A stretch of DNA of 64,000 nucleotides from a virus, in IMG/VR virus record IMGVR_UViG_3300021092_002038, positions 1 through 64,000 of that record, one strand, 5' to 3'. This document shows positions 1 to 9,993 of this stretch, in pieces. The notes beneath the pieces are model-generated. The model did no database searches. It was not told the DNA's origin and saw only the letters and a list, made by a program, of their open reading frames with translations. A program made the translations under genes and the position numbers. Numbering within the stretch: position 1 is the stretch's first letter; the number at the start of each line of letters is the position of its first letter.

Positions 1-675
1 AGAGCCTTGTCCGTATGTAATTGTTTGAAATCCTTCAGCGTGTGAATACAGTCCACTTGCAATTGTTTGAAATCCTTCAGCGTGTGAATACTGTCCACTT
101 GCAGTCGTTTGGTTTCCTTGTATAAAATTACTCGCCGTTAAATTGGTAAAATTACCTAAATATTTTCCTATATATTGTGAAGCTGTTATAGAATGAGGGA
201 TGACGCTAGAGATGGGGTTTGATACATAAAGTATTCCTGTTTTATAATCAAAATACCAATTTATTGCGTTCGCGTCAAATATTCTAGTTCCATCTGCAGC
301 ACGTATTTCAACAAGGTACTCAGCTCCGTATTTATCACTTATGAAGTTTTTTTGAACAAAAGATGCACTAATTTTTAAAAACTCAGCGTTAAAATTAGTT
401 GTTCCTGGAACATATCCACTTCCTGATATAACATGATATGTATTATTACCATAAGCATAGTCTTTAGTTAACACAGATTGTATTTTTCTAGCAATTTGTG
501 AGGTATATGCAGAACTGGTTGAACTCGGAATAATATCTGTCCAAACATCTCTAGGGCTGACTTCTATAGTTGAATCGCCAAATTCTTCATAAAACTTTCT
601 AGTTGAATTTGTAAATTTTCTGTTAATTAACTTTTTAAAAGCTAAATCTGATTTATCTGAAGTTGATAATGACAT
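1..675 (-). CDS. Tail fibre/adhesin-like protein with YadA-head-type repeats (partial, runs off window start)
   Basis: Not in the ORF track. ATG at 675 opens MSLSTSDKSDLAFKKLINRK... and the frame stays open to base 1. It ends in repeats TASGQYSHAEGFQ / IASGLYSHAEGFQ. Confidence 0.75.
   Translation of the reverse strand, partial: MSLSTSDKSDLAFKKLINRKFTNSTRKFYEEFGDSTIEVSPRDVWTDIIPSSTSSAYTSQIARKIQSVLTKDYAYGNNTYHVISGSGYVPGTTNFNAEFLKISASFVQKNFISDKYGAEYLVEIRAADGTRIFDANAINWYFDYKTGILYVSNPISSVIPHSITASQYIGKYLGNFTNLTASNFIQGNQTTASGQYSHAEGFQTIASGLYSHAEGFQTITYGQGS
19..102. repeat. 42-bp tandem repeat (2 copies) encoding the 14-aa ASGxYSHAEGFQTI unit
   Basis: aattgtttgaaatccttcagcgtgtgaatac(a/t)gtccacttgc occurs at 19-60 and 61-102. 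Confidence 0.9.
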
Positions 676-703
676 ATGTTGTTTTTATATATTAAAATTT
701 ATT

Positions 704-2827
704 TTAATTAAATGTTATAGTGAAATCGTCAATATAATTATTGTTAGCGGTTTTAAATCGAATCCACAATATTACATTAAAATTTGTAGTTGCGGTTCCA
801 AGCGTCCAACTGCATATTATTTTTCCACTATTAACTGTTGGAGCGGTGCCGATAAAAGAACCAAAAACTTGTTGTCCTTCTACAATACTATTGTCATTAA
901 AAGTTCTTCCTAAATCGTATATTTCTGAAGATGCAGTTTGTGACGTTAACAATACACTTGATGATTTTATTAATGAAACTTGTAGACCAGTTGTATCGGA
1001 TCCCCACTTGTTTATTTTATCGAATAGAGATCCAACAACCGACATGGTTATACTACCGCCCGAACTGTTAGAACCTGATATTCTTCTAAAATAATTTGCG
1101 TATCCCGTGCCAGAAGAACCTGAAGTAAAGTTACTGTAACTTCCACTCCCGTTCGGCGCTCCACCTGCGATTAATCTTCCATTCTGAACCTGAAGTTGAG
1201 GTGGATTAGTTAAAATACTGGCCGTTAAATTACTCGATGACGGAAACTGATTAATACTGGCCGTTAAATGTGTTACTCTATAATATTCATCTAGAAAATG
1301 TTCGGTGACTGAACTCGCCGCATTGGTAGAAATTGACGCGGGATTTCCATAATTATTTATCGGATATATAGATCCGGTAATGGTAGACGTAACCGAACTT
1401 TTTCCTGGTTTTGAAGCGGTTACAATTATTGTAGGAATAGTATTATAAGAAGATGTTACATTTGACGTTGTATTGGCCGTCGTAGAAACCAAGACTCTTA
1501 TGGTGTCATTATAATTTGGAATAGTTGCGCTTCCTGTAGATGTTGAAGCTCTCCAGTTAGATGGATTTCCTGAGCTTATCGTCAGCGGATTTGTAAGATA
1601 TACAGGATTATGTAAATTACTAGCTGTTATAAATGTATTACATACAATTGAACCGCTTAAATACGGTATTCCACTTAAATATTTTAAAGTAGGATTGCTA
1701 GTAATACTCGCGGAGATAGATGTTAAGCTTTGATTGGGAAAATTGTTGGTGGAGTCGTTACTAGTATACCAAACTGTAAAAAGGCTACTAGTATTAGCTC
1801 CGTTATCTGCTGCCATTACGAAAGAATACGAGCCAGTATCAATTAACGAGGCTGATAATGATGCGGAAGTTTGCGTCCAAAATGTATTATATCTTTTAGT
1901 ACCATTAATAAATAATGTGGGTGGTACTCCATTACCTATTGAATTCGAACTTGACACTATAGACGCAGTAGAGTTTCGTAAAGGTACAGTTGAACCCGCG
2001 TTTAAATTAATAAGTAAATTACCTTTTACACCGCTAGCAGTTACACCGCCTTTTAAATTAGAGAAATCTGAAAATTTTCCTGATCTAAAATGTGATGACG
2101 ATGGGCTTACATTATAAAAAGGCGAATGTAATTGAACTCTTGGTGCAGAAATAATAGTTGTTACATCGGACCCTGCAACAGAAGATCCGCTATACCATTC
2201 AGAATTTAATCCGCCGGCAAGTTTTCCTGAAAAAAATGACATATTCGATGCAGATAGAGACATGCCTGTTAAGGTGCCTGCTTTAGGTGGAGCCAGATCT
2301 AAAAATGCCTCACTAATTTCATCTAAAGCGTCTGCAAGATTTGTTTTACTTGTAAATTCGTCAAAAAATCCATCTCCATATGAATTATCATTAGGAACCC
2401 CTATATTAATTTTACTAGCAGATAATTCGGTTAAAATCCAATGATTTTGGAGGCTATCCCATAAAAATGACGAAGATGGATTTGGGCTGCTACCTGAATC
2501 TATAACCTCTATACCTGCATATCGTTTAGCCGGAGCGTTTGTATTTAATAAAATTGTATTATCTCCTAACTCTACTGTGCTTGAAGAAACGATTCTTTCA
2601 GCGACTAAACTTCCTGTTATATATAAGTTTCCAGTAATGAAAGAATCGCCTATTATTTGTATACCATTTTCTCTGAAAAGTTCGTCTTTTAAAGTTCCGA
2701 GAGTTATATTTTTATTGACAAAATCATTAGCGGCATTGTCGAATTGAAGAACGGGCATTTTGTCGGTATCATTTAAAGACGATGTAGAAATAGTACCGAA
2801 TTGACTTAATTTAACTTTTAGTGCCAT
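704..2827 (-). CDS. Virion structural protein, probable tail fibre/spike-associated (Ser/Thr-rich)
   Basis: 707 aa, S/T/G-rich with beta-strand character. It lies next to the adhesin-repeat gene and is preceded by two TATTTATA motifs. Confidence 0.55.
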   Translation of the reverse strand: MALKVKLSQFGTISTSSLNDTDKMPVLQFDNAANDFVNKNITLGTLKDELFRENGIQIIGDSFITGNLYITGSLVAERIVSSSTVELGDNTILLNTNAPAKRYAGIEVIDSGSSPNPSSSFLWDSLQNHWILTELSASKINIGVPNDNSYGDGFFDEFTSKTNLADALDEISEAFLDLAPPKAGTLTGMSLSASNMSFFSGKLAGGLNSEWYSGSSVAGSDVTTIISAPRVQLHSPFYNVSPSSSHFRSGKFSDFSNLKGGVTASGVKGNLLINLNAGSTVPLRNSTASIVSSSNSIGNGVPPTLFINGTKRYNTFWTQTSASLSASLIDTGSYSFVMAADNGANTSSLFTVWYTSNDSTNNFPNQSLTSISASITSNPTLKYLSGIPYLSGSIVCNTFITASNLHNPVYLTNPLTISSGNPSNWRASTSTGSATIPNYNDTIRVLVSTTANTTSNVTSSYNTIPTIIVTASKPGKSSVTSTITGSIYPINNYGNPASISTNAASSVTEHFLDEYYRVTHLTASINQFPSSSNLTASILTNPPQLQVQNGRLIAGGAPNGSGSYSNFTSGSSGTGYANYFRRISGSNSSGGSITMSVVGSLFDKINKWGSDTTGLQVSLIKSSSVLLTSQTASSEIYDLGRTFNDNSIVEGQQVFGSFIGTAPTVNSGKIICSWTLGTATTNFNVILWIRFKTANNNYIDDFTITFN

Positions 2828-2834
2828 AGTATAA

Positions 2835-2853
2835 TATAAATATAATATAAATA
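2835..2853 (-). promoter_or_regulatory. Tandem TATTTATA putative late promoter
   Basis: tataaata on + at 2835-2842 and 2846-2853, which reads TATTTATA on the coding strand 7 nt upstream of the ATG at 2827. Confidence 0.6.
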
Positions 2854-2944
2854 TAATTTAAACGGACATAAACTGTGTTTTTTACTTCAATTTAAAAGTT
2901 AAATAAATATAAAATTTATTAAACTAAATATTTGTTATGATTCT

Positions 2945-3406
2945 TTAAAAAGGAGTGGAATCATCCGGATCATCCGAATCATCCGAATCATCCGAATCAT
3001 CAGAATAGTCTCGCATGTTGTCAAAATCTTTTTTAGTAAAACCAAGGTGACTTACCAATGAGATTATAAAAAATAACATTTCTGGTTTAGTTAATTTTTT
3101 TTCAAATTTTAACTTATAAGCAAATTCTGCGGCGTCTTTATAAATTTTAATTGAACTTTTATCATGAACGTTAAATTCGCTTTTATTTTTAATGATTAAT
3201 CCTGGAATTTTATGAGTTTTTATATAATTGTCGGTATATTCCACGATTTTTTCTTTTAAAATTTCATCAAAATCGTCGGTGTATGAATTTTCTAATTGTA
3301 TATTTTCTTTTAGTTTATTTATTTCTTTTGAAGAAATATATTTAGAAATACTAAAATTTTTTAATATTTTTTCTTTATTTAGAATATGATCAACGTTATC
3401 CATCAT
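2945..3406 (-). CDS. Hypothetical protein with acidic (S/P)DD repeat tail
   Basis: 153-aa ORF. C-terminal YSDDSDDSDDSDDPDD is encoded by 9-bp repeats, and TATTTATA lies at 3408-3415. Confidence 0.6.
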   Translation of the reverse strand: MMDNVDHILNKEKILKNFSISKYISSKEINKLKENIQLENSYTDDFDEILKEKIVEYTDNYIKTHKIPGLIIKNKSEFNVHDKSSIKIYKDAAEFAYKLKFEKKLTKPEMLFFIISLVSHLGFTKKDFDNMRDYSDDSDDSDDSDDPDDSTPF

Positions 3407-3419
3407 CTATAAATAGATA

Positions 3420-4160
3420 TTAAAATTTCTGAACAGTATCTCTTGCGGATCCTTGTAATCTATCAGGATCATTTAACCATCTTTTTCTGTCTTTTATTTT
3501 TACCCAAATTCGTCCTGATGTAAACGAACAATTATAACAAAACACCTTCATGTTTTCGAGTTTATGATTTTTTTCGTTATTGTCCTCGAATACTAATAAT
3601 AATGGAATTTTATTATCTGTTAATCTTCTTTCACAGTAACCACATTGTTCACATGCGGCAGGTTTTAATCCTGATCTAATAAGTCTGTCTTTTAATTTCC
3701 AAAGCGGATAATCTGGAAACTTACCATTTAAAATGTCGTCAAGTGGATATTTTCCTGTTTTTGGATTTTTTGTTTTTAGTACACCTCGGCCTGATTTGTT
3801 TGTAAATGTGGTGTGTAAATTATAAAGTTTGGCATATTTTTTATAACACGCATAACTGACATTCAAATGCTTGGCCGCCTGTGCTGCGCTTTTTGATTTT
3901 GTTTGTGCTTCTTTAATTTCACTTTCTAATAATGGAACTGCGCCTTTTCCTCGTTTTCTTTTAAGTTTAAAAGGCTTTATAGTAAAATTCGAATATTTTG
4001 TAAGTTTTATTTCTTTTGCTACCTCTTCATTGGTGGGGATGTCTGTTTTGAGATTGTTCAATTCTTTTTTTATCGAATCTAGTTCTTCTACTTTTTTTGA
4101 CAAAGTAGACACTTGTTCCAATAAAGATTTAAGTATTGCGTCTTGATTTTCTTGTTGCAT
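3420..4160 (-). CDS. HTH plus HNH-like zinc-binding protein (catalytic His apparently lost)
   Basis: HTH-like SAAQAAKHLNVSYACYKKY, followed by CEQC...LLLVFEDNNEKNHKLENMKVFCYNC, which matches the HNH scaffold. Confidence 0.65.
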   Translation of the reverse strand: MQQENQDAILKSLLEQVSTLSKKVEELDSIKKELNNLKTDIPTNEEVAKEIKLTKYSNFTIKPFKLKRKRGKGAVPLLESEIKEAQTKSKSAAQAAKHLNVSYACYKKYAKLYNLHTTFTNKSGRGVLKTKNPKTGKYPLDDILNGKFPDYPLWKLKDRLIRSGLKPAACEQCGYCERRLTDNKIPLLLVFEDNNEKNHKLENMKVFCYNCSFTSGRIWVKIKDRKRWLNDPDRLQGSARDTVQKF

Positions 4161-4161
4161 A

Positions 4162-4467
4162 TTAACCTCTTATAGGTTCATATTTTAAATCTATCCTAGT
4201 TTGATTTTTGAAATTGGATCTCAAGTTTTCTGCATAAGTATAATATCCGGCATTCATTAATATTTTATAGGTATTATATATAAAAACGTTTTTTCCTGAT
4301 TTGAGTTTGGCTTCCATAAACGGAGATACCGTCATATTTTTATCTTTTATATTATCCGTTATTGCTCTAGTACATGCTTCTCCTAATACGTCATCAAACG
4401 TATCATCGTCAATTATTAAATTTCTTTCCCAGTTAGCACTGTGAACCCATACTTTTTTATTTGCCAT
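4162..4467 (-). CDS. Hypothetical protein
   Basis: 101-aa ORF tightly packed between its neighbours. Confidence 0.6.
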   Translation of the reverse strand: MANKKVWVHSANWERNLIIDDDTFDDVLGEACTRAITDNIKDKNMTVSPFMEAKLKSGKNVFIYNTYKILMNAGYYTYAENLRSNFKNQTRIDLKYEPIRG

Positions 4468-6079
4468 AATTCAAATCTCCATCATTAAGTAAATCCAAGT
4501 TATTTAATTTTATATTCACCGTTTCACATACTTTTTCTTCTACGGTGTTAGCCACAAATACAATTTTTTGTACAGATTTGCTTTTGGCGCTATCTCGCCA
4601 AACTCTACCAGTGGCTTGTCGCATTTGTACGGCCGAATAAGATGGTGAGATTAAAGAAAGTCTAGGATAATTTCCATTTAAATCGTGTAAAGAAAGGCCT
4701 GCTCCACCTGCCGCGATATTAACTAATATAATTCTTTCTTTATCTGCTTGAAAATCGTCGATATGTTTCTGTCTGTCTTTATCGGAAACAATTCCGTTTA
4801 CAATACATTTGGTGTTTAATCTTTTAGAAATAGCTTCAATGCTTTCAGTAAAATTCATGAATACCACTACACTCATACCATTTTCTAATCCTTCTTCAAT
4901 CATTTCAATAAATAGAGGTACTTTTACTAATTCAATTTTTTGTCTTGCTCTAAGAATTGCCGTTAACTGTGAACCATTATCTTTGCTTTCTTTTTTTATT
5001 TTTTTGCTTAATTTTAACAATTCTCTTTCCATTTCTTCATACAACGCGATTATTTTCTTTCTACTTTCTTCTTCCATATTATAACAATCCGCAATAATTT
5101 GGCTTTCTGGAAAGTTTGGAATTGAATCGCGGGTCAAACGAACTCCCCTATCTACAAAAATATCTTTATGTAATTTAGTTAAGACTTCTTTATTTCCTCG
5201 ATATTCTAAACCAAATCGTCCTTTTACTACGCCGTGTCTATATAACCACGTATAATATTGTTTATTATTATCAAATAATTTTAAACACATTCCCACCGTT
5301 TTTAATTCTAATGGATTGGTTGCATTTGTAGCACTACAAAAAATCATTTTATAACCACTTTTTAATGCAGATATACACGTTTCGCTATTCTTAGTTTTAG
5401 ATCCTTTTAGTTTTTGACTTTCATCCCAAACAATTAATGTGTTTTTGGAAATCTTCCACGTAAATTCATTTACGTGAGTTTTTTTATTTCTTACAAATGA
5501 TGCTATCGGAGACTCATGTTTTCCCAATCTCAAAGATTCGTAATTCACGATTCCTATCAACTTTGAATTCATATTAAAATGATTTTTTATAACTCTTCTC
5601 CAAGATTCCATGACGGCTTTTGGACATACAATTAATATATCCATATCTAGCTCTCTGGCTACTCCACATGCCGTATAAGTTTTACCCACCCCCACATCTG
5701 ACCCATCTATTGCACAGCCCCATTTTTTAATTGCTGCGCACATCTTTCCAACTGCTGTAATTTGCCAAGATCTTAATCCTGTATTTATCTTTACCTCTAC
5801 AGGTTCTAATACGAATTCATTTTGTTTTTCTATAGGTTTTAAATGTTCATATTCTTTAAAAAGATGTTTTTCTGGTTTAGTTTCATATAAATACCACCCC
5901 TCATCTTTCTTAGAAACACCGTAGCCTTTATCTTTAAGTTTAAATGAATTTTGTCGCCAATAATTAAAGAACGGAGATAGATATTCTTTTTCAATTAACC
6001 AATCTCTTTTCCACCAAATACCATATTCAGTCTTATATGAATAAGGCTCTGACCATTTTATGTTTAAATCTAACATCAC
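4457..6079 (-). CDS. Superfamily 2 (SNF2/DEAD-like) helicase
   Basis: Walker A DVGVGKT, Walker B VWDESQ, motif III SAT, and helicase C-terminal motifs AGGAGLSL and QATGRVWR. Confidence 0.9.
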   Translation of the reverse strand: MMLDLNIKWSEPYSYKTEYGIWWKRDWLIEKEYLSPFFNYWRQNSFKLKDKGYGVSKKDEGWYLYETKPEKHLFKEYEHLKPIEKQNEFVLEPVEVKINTGLRSWQITAVGKMCAAIKKWGCAIDGSDVGVGKTYTACGVARELDMDILIVCPKAVMESWRRVIKNHFNMNSKLIGIVNYESLRLGKHESPIASFVRNKKTHVNEFTWKISKNTLIVWDESQKLKGSKTKNSETCISALKSGYKMIFCSATNATNPLELKTVGMCLKLFDNNKQYYTWLYRHGVVKGRFGLEYRGNKEVLTKLHKDIFVDRGVRLTRDSIPNFPESQIIADCYNMEEESRKKIIALYEEMERELLKLSKKIKKESKDNGSQLTAILRARQKIELVKVPLFIEMIEEGLENGMSVVVFMNFTESIEAISKRLNTKCIVNGIVSDKDRQKHIDDFQADKERIILVNIAAGGAGLSLHDLNGNYPRLSLISPSYSAVQMRQATGRVWRDSAKSKSVQKIVFVANTVEEKVCETVNIKLNNLDLLNDGDLNYGK

Positions 6080-6379
6080 TCAGTTACCGTATTCTTTTCT
6101 ATACTTATTATGATTTATCGACTCATGAATATTGGTTCTAAGATATTGTCCAGCTCTTATTACTCCAATATCAAAATGTTCAGAAAGAGAACTAACAAAA
6201 TTAGCGCCTTCCTTATCATCATAACCATATCCTAAATCAATCAAATTTTGCATATATTGTGATCTCGTCAAGGAAAACTTCCTACGAACAGTTCCCTCTA
6301 AATGATTTATAATTTCTGATAAATTGTCAAAAGATATTGGCGTATTGGATATTGTAGTATCTATTATATAAAATTTCAT
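6080..6379 (-). CDS. Hypothetical protein
   Basis: 99-aa ORF abutting the helicase start. Confidence 0.6.
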   Translation of the reverse strand: MKFYIIDTTISNTPISFDNLSEIINHLEGTVRRKFSLTRSQYMQNLIDLGYGYDDKEGANFVSSLSEHFDIGVIRAGQYLRTNIHESINHNKYRKEYGN

Positions 6380-6422
6380 AATTTATTATTAATATATACT
6401 TTATGGGTAAAATTACAATTAA

Positions 6423-7382
6423 TTATATTTTCCAATTCATTTCTTTTAAACATTCTTTTACCGCATCTTTATCTTTTTCATCCAAGACCTTACTTAAATT
6501 TTCAAATAAATCTTCTAGCGTATATTTTTTATCATCGGATAACATTTTGTTTTTATTTTTCATATCTTGAATGGTATCAACAATTTTATCTAATGTCACT
6601 TTGTATTTATCGTAATGTTGTTTATCTACGAAATTAGACATAGTAAAAGATTTGGGTGTTATTGATTTTATTAAAAACAATATACTACTGCCTATAAATT
6701 CAAATATTTTGAATACTGCAGCTGCTATAGGATTTGACATCGCAGCTAGTTTTAAAATAAAAAACATAACTGCAAATATAAGAATTCCAACCAATAAAGA
6801 TGTAATAAATTTTTTAACGCCATAAAATATAGCCCCTAAACCAAACCACTTATCAAGTTCATTTACCTTTTGTGTATTTTCATCATTTTTTTCTGCAATT
6901 TCAGAACTTAACGCTTGATACTCTTTGGATGTTTTATCTAACTGTGATTTAAGTTTACTTCTTTCAGACTGAAGATATTGAATTTCTTTGTCTAGTTTAT
7001 TTAATTCAGCTCTGCCTTTTTCTCGTTCTATTTTTACCGCCGAAATTAAATCATCTACGATTTTTTGAATTCTTTTAAGATCGTTAATTTCAGGATTACC
7101 AGCTATAGATACGACCCGTTCATTCAATTCTTTTGCAACTTGAACTTCTTTAGATGGATCTTTTTCTTGATCTAACGCGTGATGTGTTCCTGCAGCTAAT
7201 ATGCCTATTTGATTCAATTTTTTATCGTTATTAACCGACAACGCATCTTTTTTACTTTGCATTTCGTTTGCTTTATCATTTAATCGGTCGGCGGATTCCG
7301 TAGTTGACCGTTTAAATAAACTTATACAGCCGGTGAAACAAAATACCGTCACCATTAAAAATAATATTAATAATCTTTTCAT
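6423..7382 (-). CDS. Lipoprotein with coiled coil and C-terminal membrane segments (spanin-like candidate)
   Basis: Signal MKRLLILFLMVTVFCFTG-C with a lipobox, a long heptad region, then hydrophobic FITSLLVGILIFAVMFFILKL and IAAAVFKIFEFIGSSILFLI. Confidence 0.55.
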   Translation of the reverse strand: MKRLLILFLMVTVFCFTGCISLFKRSTTESADRLNDKANEMQSKKDALSVNNDKKLNQIGILAAGTHHALDQEKDPSKEVQVAKELNERVVSIAGNPEINDLKRIQKIVDDLISAVKIEREKGRAELNKLDKEIQYLQSERSKLKSQLDKTSKEYQALSSEIAEKNDENTQKVNELDKWFGLGAIFYGVKKFITSLLVGILIFAVMFFILKLAAMSNPIAAAVFKIFEFIGSSILFLIKSITPKSFTMSNFVDKQHYDKYKVTLDKIVDTIQDMKNKNKMLSDDKKYTLEDLFENLSKVLDEKDKDAVKECLKEMNWKI

Positions 7383-7438
7383 AAAATTTAACCTTTATAT
7401 TTTTTATAACACTAAAATTAAAAATTTTAACAATCTTT

Positions 7439-7801
7439 CTATTTTTTGGGTTCATAGCTCACTCTAACAGGAGCGTTTCCTTTTGATGACGACCCCTTTT
7501 TTCCGTGTCCAGCCTTTCGTTGCGCAGACTTTTTTCTTCTAACAAAAGACGCACGTCCTTTTTTACCAAGTTTTTTTGCATATTTTTTGCCTAAGCAAGC
7601 ACTATAAGAGCTACCTTTTTTAGCGTCTCCACACTTACCGGTTTTTTCTCCTTTACTGTTGTATCTGTCCCATCCACCGCCTGAAGAACTACCTTTTGAA
7701 CCTTTTCCGAACCACGCTCTCAATCCTCCACTATATTTTTCTTGTACAGAGTCTATTTCCTCTATCTTAGCCAACAGTTTCTCTTCAATAATATTTTCCA
7801 T
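7439..7801 (-). CDS. Small basic protein, probable internal head protein
   Basis: Acidic leader ending VQE, then a K/G-rich GLRAWF...CG...CL...RRKK module of a type recalled from T4-like phages. Confidence 0.5.
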   Translation of the reverse strand: MENIIEEKLLAKIEEIDSVQEKYSGGLRAWFGKGSKGSSSGGGWDRYNSKGEKTGKCGDAKKGSSYSACLGKKYAKKLGKKGRASFVRRKKSAQRKAGHGKKGSSSKGNAPVRVSYEPKK

Positions 7802-7807
7802 ATAGTT

Positions 7808-8155
7808 TTATCCGTTTAATAATCGTTTATCTTTTTTATTTAAATTTGGAACCTCATATATTCCCATTTTATTCTTTAACATCCTCAATGCTGCGGCCGG
7901 TGGTATATTTCCAAAATTAGCCGCCAAAATACCATATTTTTTACAAAATTCTTCCAATTCTATAACGTCAGACTTATTGTGTTCTGTCGGAATTAATTCT
8001 ACATCTAGTTCTTTTATTTCTTTTTTCTTTTTATTTAAAAACGCTGCATAAATAGGATCGTCATTATTAACAGAATATACGTTGTCACACCCAAATTTCG
8101 ATGTTGTAAATTTTGAATTTTCGGTATTATAATTTATAGACTTATATTCATTCAT
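7808..8155 (-). CDS. Hypothetical protein
   Basis: 115-aa ORF within the operon. Confidence 0.6.
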   Translation of the reverse strand: MNEYKSINYNTENSKFTTSKFGCDNVYSVNNDDPIYAAFLNKKKKEIKELDVELIPTEHNKSDVIELEEFCKKYGILAANFGNIPPAAALRMLKNKMGIYEVPNLNKKDKRLLNG

Positions 8156-8157
8156 AA

Positions 8158-9993
8158 TTATTTTTTACTTTTTTTATTAGGCGAATTCAACTTTAAAAAT
8201 GTATGTAGTCCTATAACCGTAGTTACTTTCTCAGAATCATACCAGCTAGGTAAACTAGATGTTTTTGATTGTTTTTTAGTTAAAGCTACATTTAGAAAAT
8301 GGTCGGCTCCACCGGTGATATCTTTTAATTCTCCACTTCTAGCTTTTGAAACAATCTCCAATGCAAGAGTAAACTTTGAATGCGTTCTTTTAGAATCTAT
8401 AAAATTTTTAACACTCTTTATGTCGGATTTATCTATTGCATTCCACCCACTAAATTGTTGTGGTTTTAGACATTCAGCTCCCACTTGACTAAAATTGCCT
8501 TTAGCACGATTCATCAATACATTCATCACGGCAGTCATTCCCCTTTCCGCGTCCTTTTCTCCACCAGCCTCATCAACTAAAGTTGAAGCTATAACATCTT
8601 CATATGTATATGGGTGTGTTGGCGTCTTTACTGTTTGTGTCTTTGCTGTTTGTGTAATTTTGTCCGGTTCGACTGGTCCGTTCGCAGACACTTCAGGAGA
8701 ACCAACTAATGATCCTGCTACTGCGGCCAGACCTAATATTTTATTGAAACCTTCATCTAGTTTTCTTCCTTGTGGACCAAAGTGATCAAGGTGGTGATAC
8801 ACATCATCTAGATATTCACCAGCTAAATTTAACTTAGCTTTTACCCAGTCTTCTAATTGAGTGTTTGGTTTTAACATACTTTCTAGTTCTTTTGCGTCAT
8901 TATTTAATTGTTTTAATGCTCCTATAGCCATACTACTATTTTGTTCTTTTAATAGTTCACATATAGCTTCTTTATAATATTCTTTAACAGATTTACTTGA
9001 TGTTTCCCCACCAGCTTGTCTTTTTCTACGAGCCGCACAATGTGCTTTTTGACTAAATCCTTTTGGGTTACTACAATTTATACTCTTTTTATACTTATTT
9101 GACCACTTTTCTTGTATATTGGTCTTATCCTTTTCTTCATTATAAAACTTAAGATAATCTCTTACAGTAGCTACATAATCACACGCATGATTCAATTTAG
9201 CCTTTACCCAGTCTTCTAAATTATCATTGACCGTAAACATTGACTGTAATTTTTCACTATAATCTATGATTTTTGTAATATCACTCTGAGCCATCTCGGC
9301 GTTTTCCGAAGTCAATTTATTCGCATGAGGGTTTTCATGATTGACAGGATGTTCTAGGTCGCCCAACCCAGTTGATTGACTATCTAGCCATTGTTTGTGT
9401 GTTAATTCCTTCATAGATAATCTTCTTAATTGTTTTGCATATGCAGGTGGAAGCACAGGTGCAAGTAAATGGGGTGTTAAATCAATTTTTGAATTAGTAG
9501 TTGGTGTTGTTATCCGATCATATGGTTTATAATCTTTTTGATTAGAAGGAAACTCAAAGAGAGTATTATCATAAGATAATCCATTCTGTTTCATAAATTT
9601 ATCTAATAATCTCCGATTGTTATCTACAGTGGATTTAGAGTTCCAAAAAGATATAAACGAATTTGGTGAATGTTTCCACAGCCGGCCACTAAAAATAAAT
9701 TCATCTCGAGCCGTGTTATTTTTTATTAAATCTGGCTTTATTAAATGAATTAAATTTGCTAAACTTTCATGATCAAGCGCAATTTTAATATACTCTCGAT
9801 ATTTTACTTTTACCGGCTCTGAAATGTCGACGTCTCCTATTTTTAAGAAAAAATCAGCGCCAGAATTAGCGGTTTGTGCGATATATGATTTTCCAGCAGG
9901 AGTTTTGAATGCAAAAAAAGTTACTCCTCGTTGCCACTCAATCGTCTCATCAGGCAAAATTAATCTATCTGGAGATTCATTTAACATATTCAC
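8158..9993 (-). CDS. Modular protein with C-terminal SleB-like (Hydrolase_2) cell wall hydrolase
   Basis: C-terminus has TLVDEAGGE, GMTAVMNVLMNR, QFSGWN, DITGGADHF, PSW and IGLHTF. The middle has a duplicated LEDWVKAKLNxAxxY module and a KWSNKYKKSINCSNPKGFSQKAHC module. Confidence 0.8.
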   Translation of the reverse strand: MNMLNESPDRLILPDETIEWQRGVTFFAFKTPAGKSYIAQTANSGADFFLKIGDVDISEPVKVKYREYIKIALDHESLANLIHLIKPDLIKNNTARDEFIFSGRLWKHSPNSFISFWNSKSTVDNNRRLLDKFMKQNGLSYDNTLFEFPSNQKDYKPYDRITTPTTNSKIDLTPHLLAPVLPPAYAKQLRRLSMKELTHKQWLDSQSTGLGDLEHPVNHENPHANKLTSENAEMAQSDITKIIDYSEKLQSMFTVNDNLEDWVKAKLNHACDYVATVRDYLKFYNEEKDKTNIQEKWSNKYKKSINCSNPKGFSQKAHCAARRKRQAGGETSSKSVKEYYKEAICELLKEQNSSMAIGALKQLNNDAKELESMLKPNTQLEDWVKAKLNLAGEYLDDVYHHLDHFGPQGRKLDEGFNKILGLAAVAGSLVGSPEVSANGPVEPDKITQTAKTQTVKTPTHPYTYEDVIASTLVDEAGGEKDAERGMTAVMNVLMNRAKGNFSQVGAECLKPQQFSGWNAIDKSDIKSVKNFIDSKRTHSKFTLALEIVSKARSGELKDITGGADHFLNVALTKKQSKTSSLPSWYDSEKVTTVIGLHTFLKLNSPNKKSKK

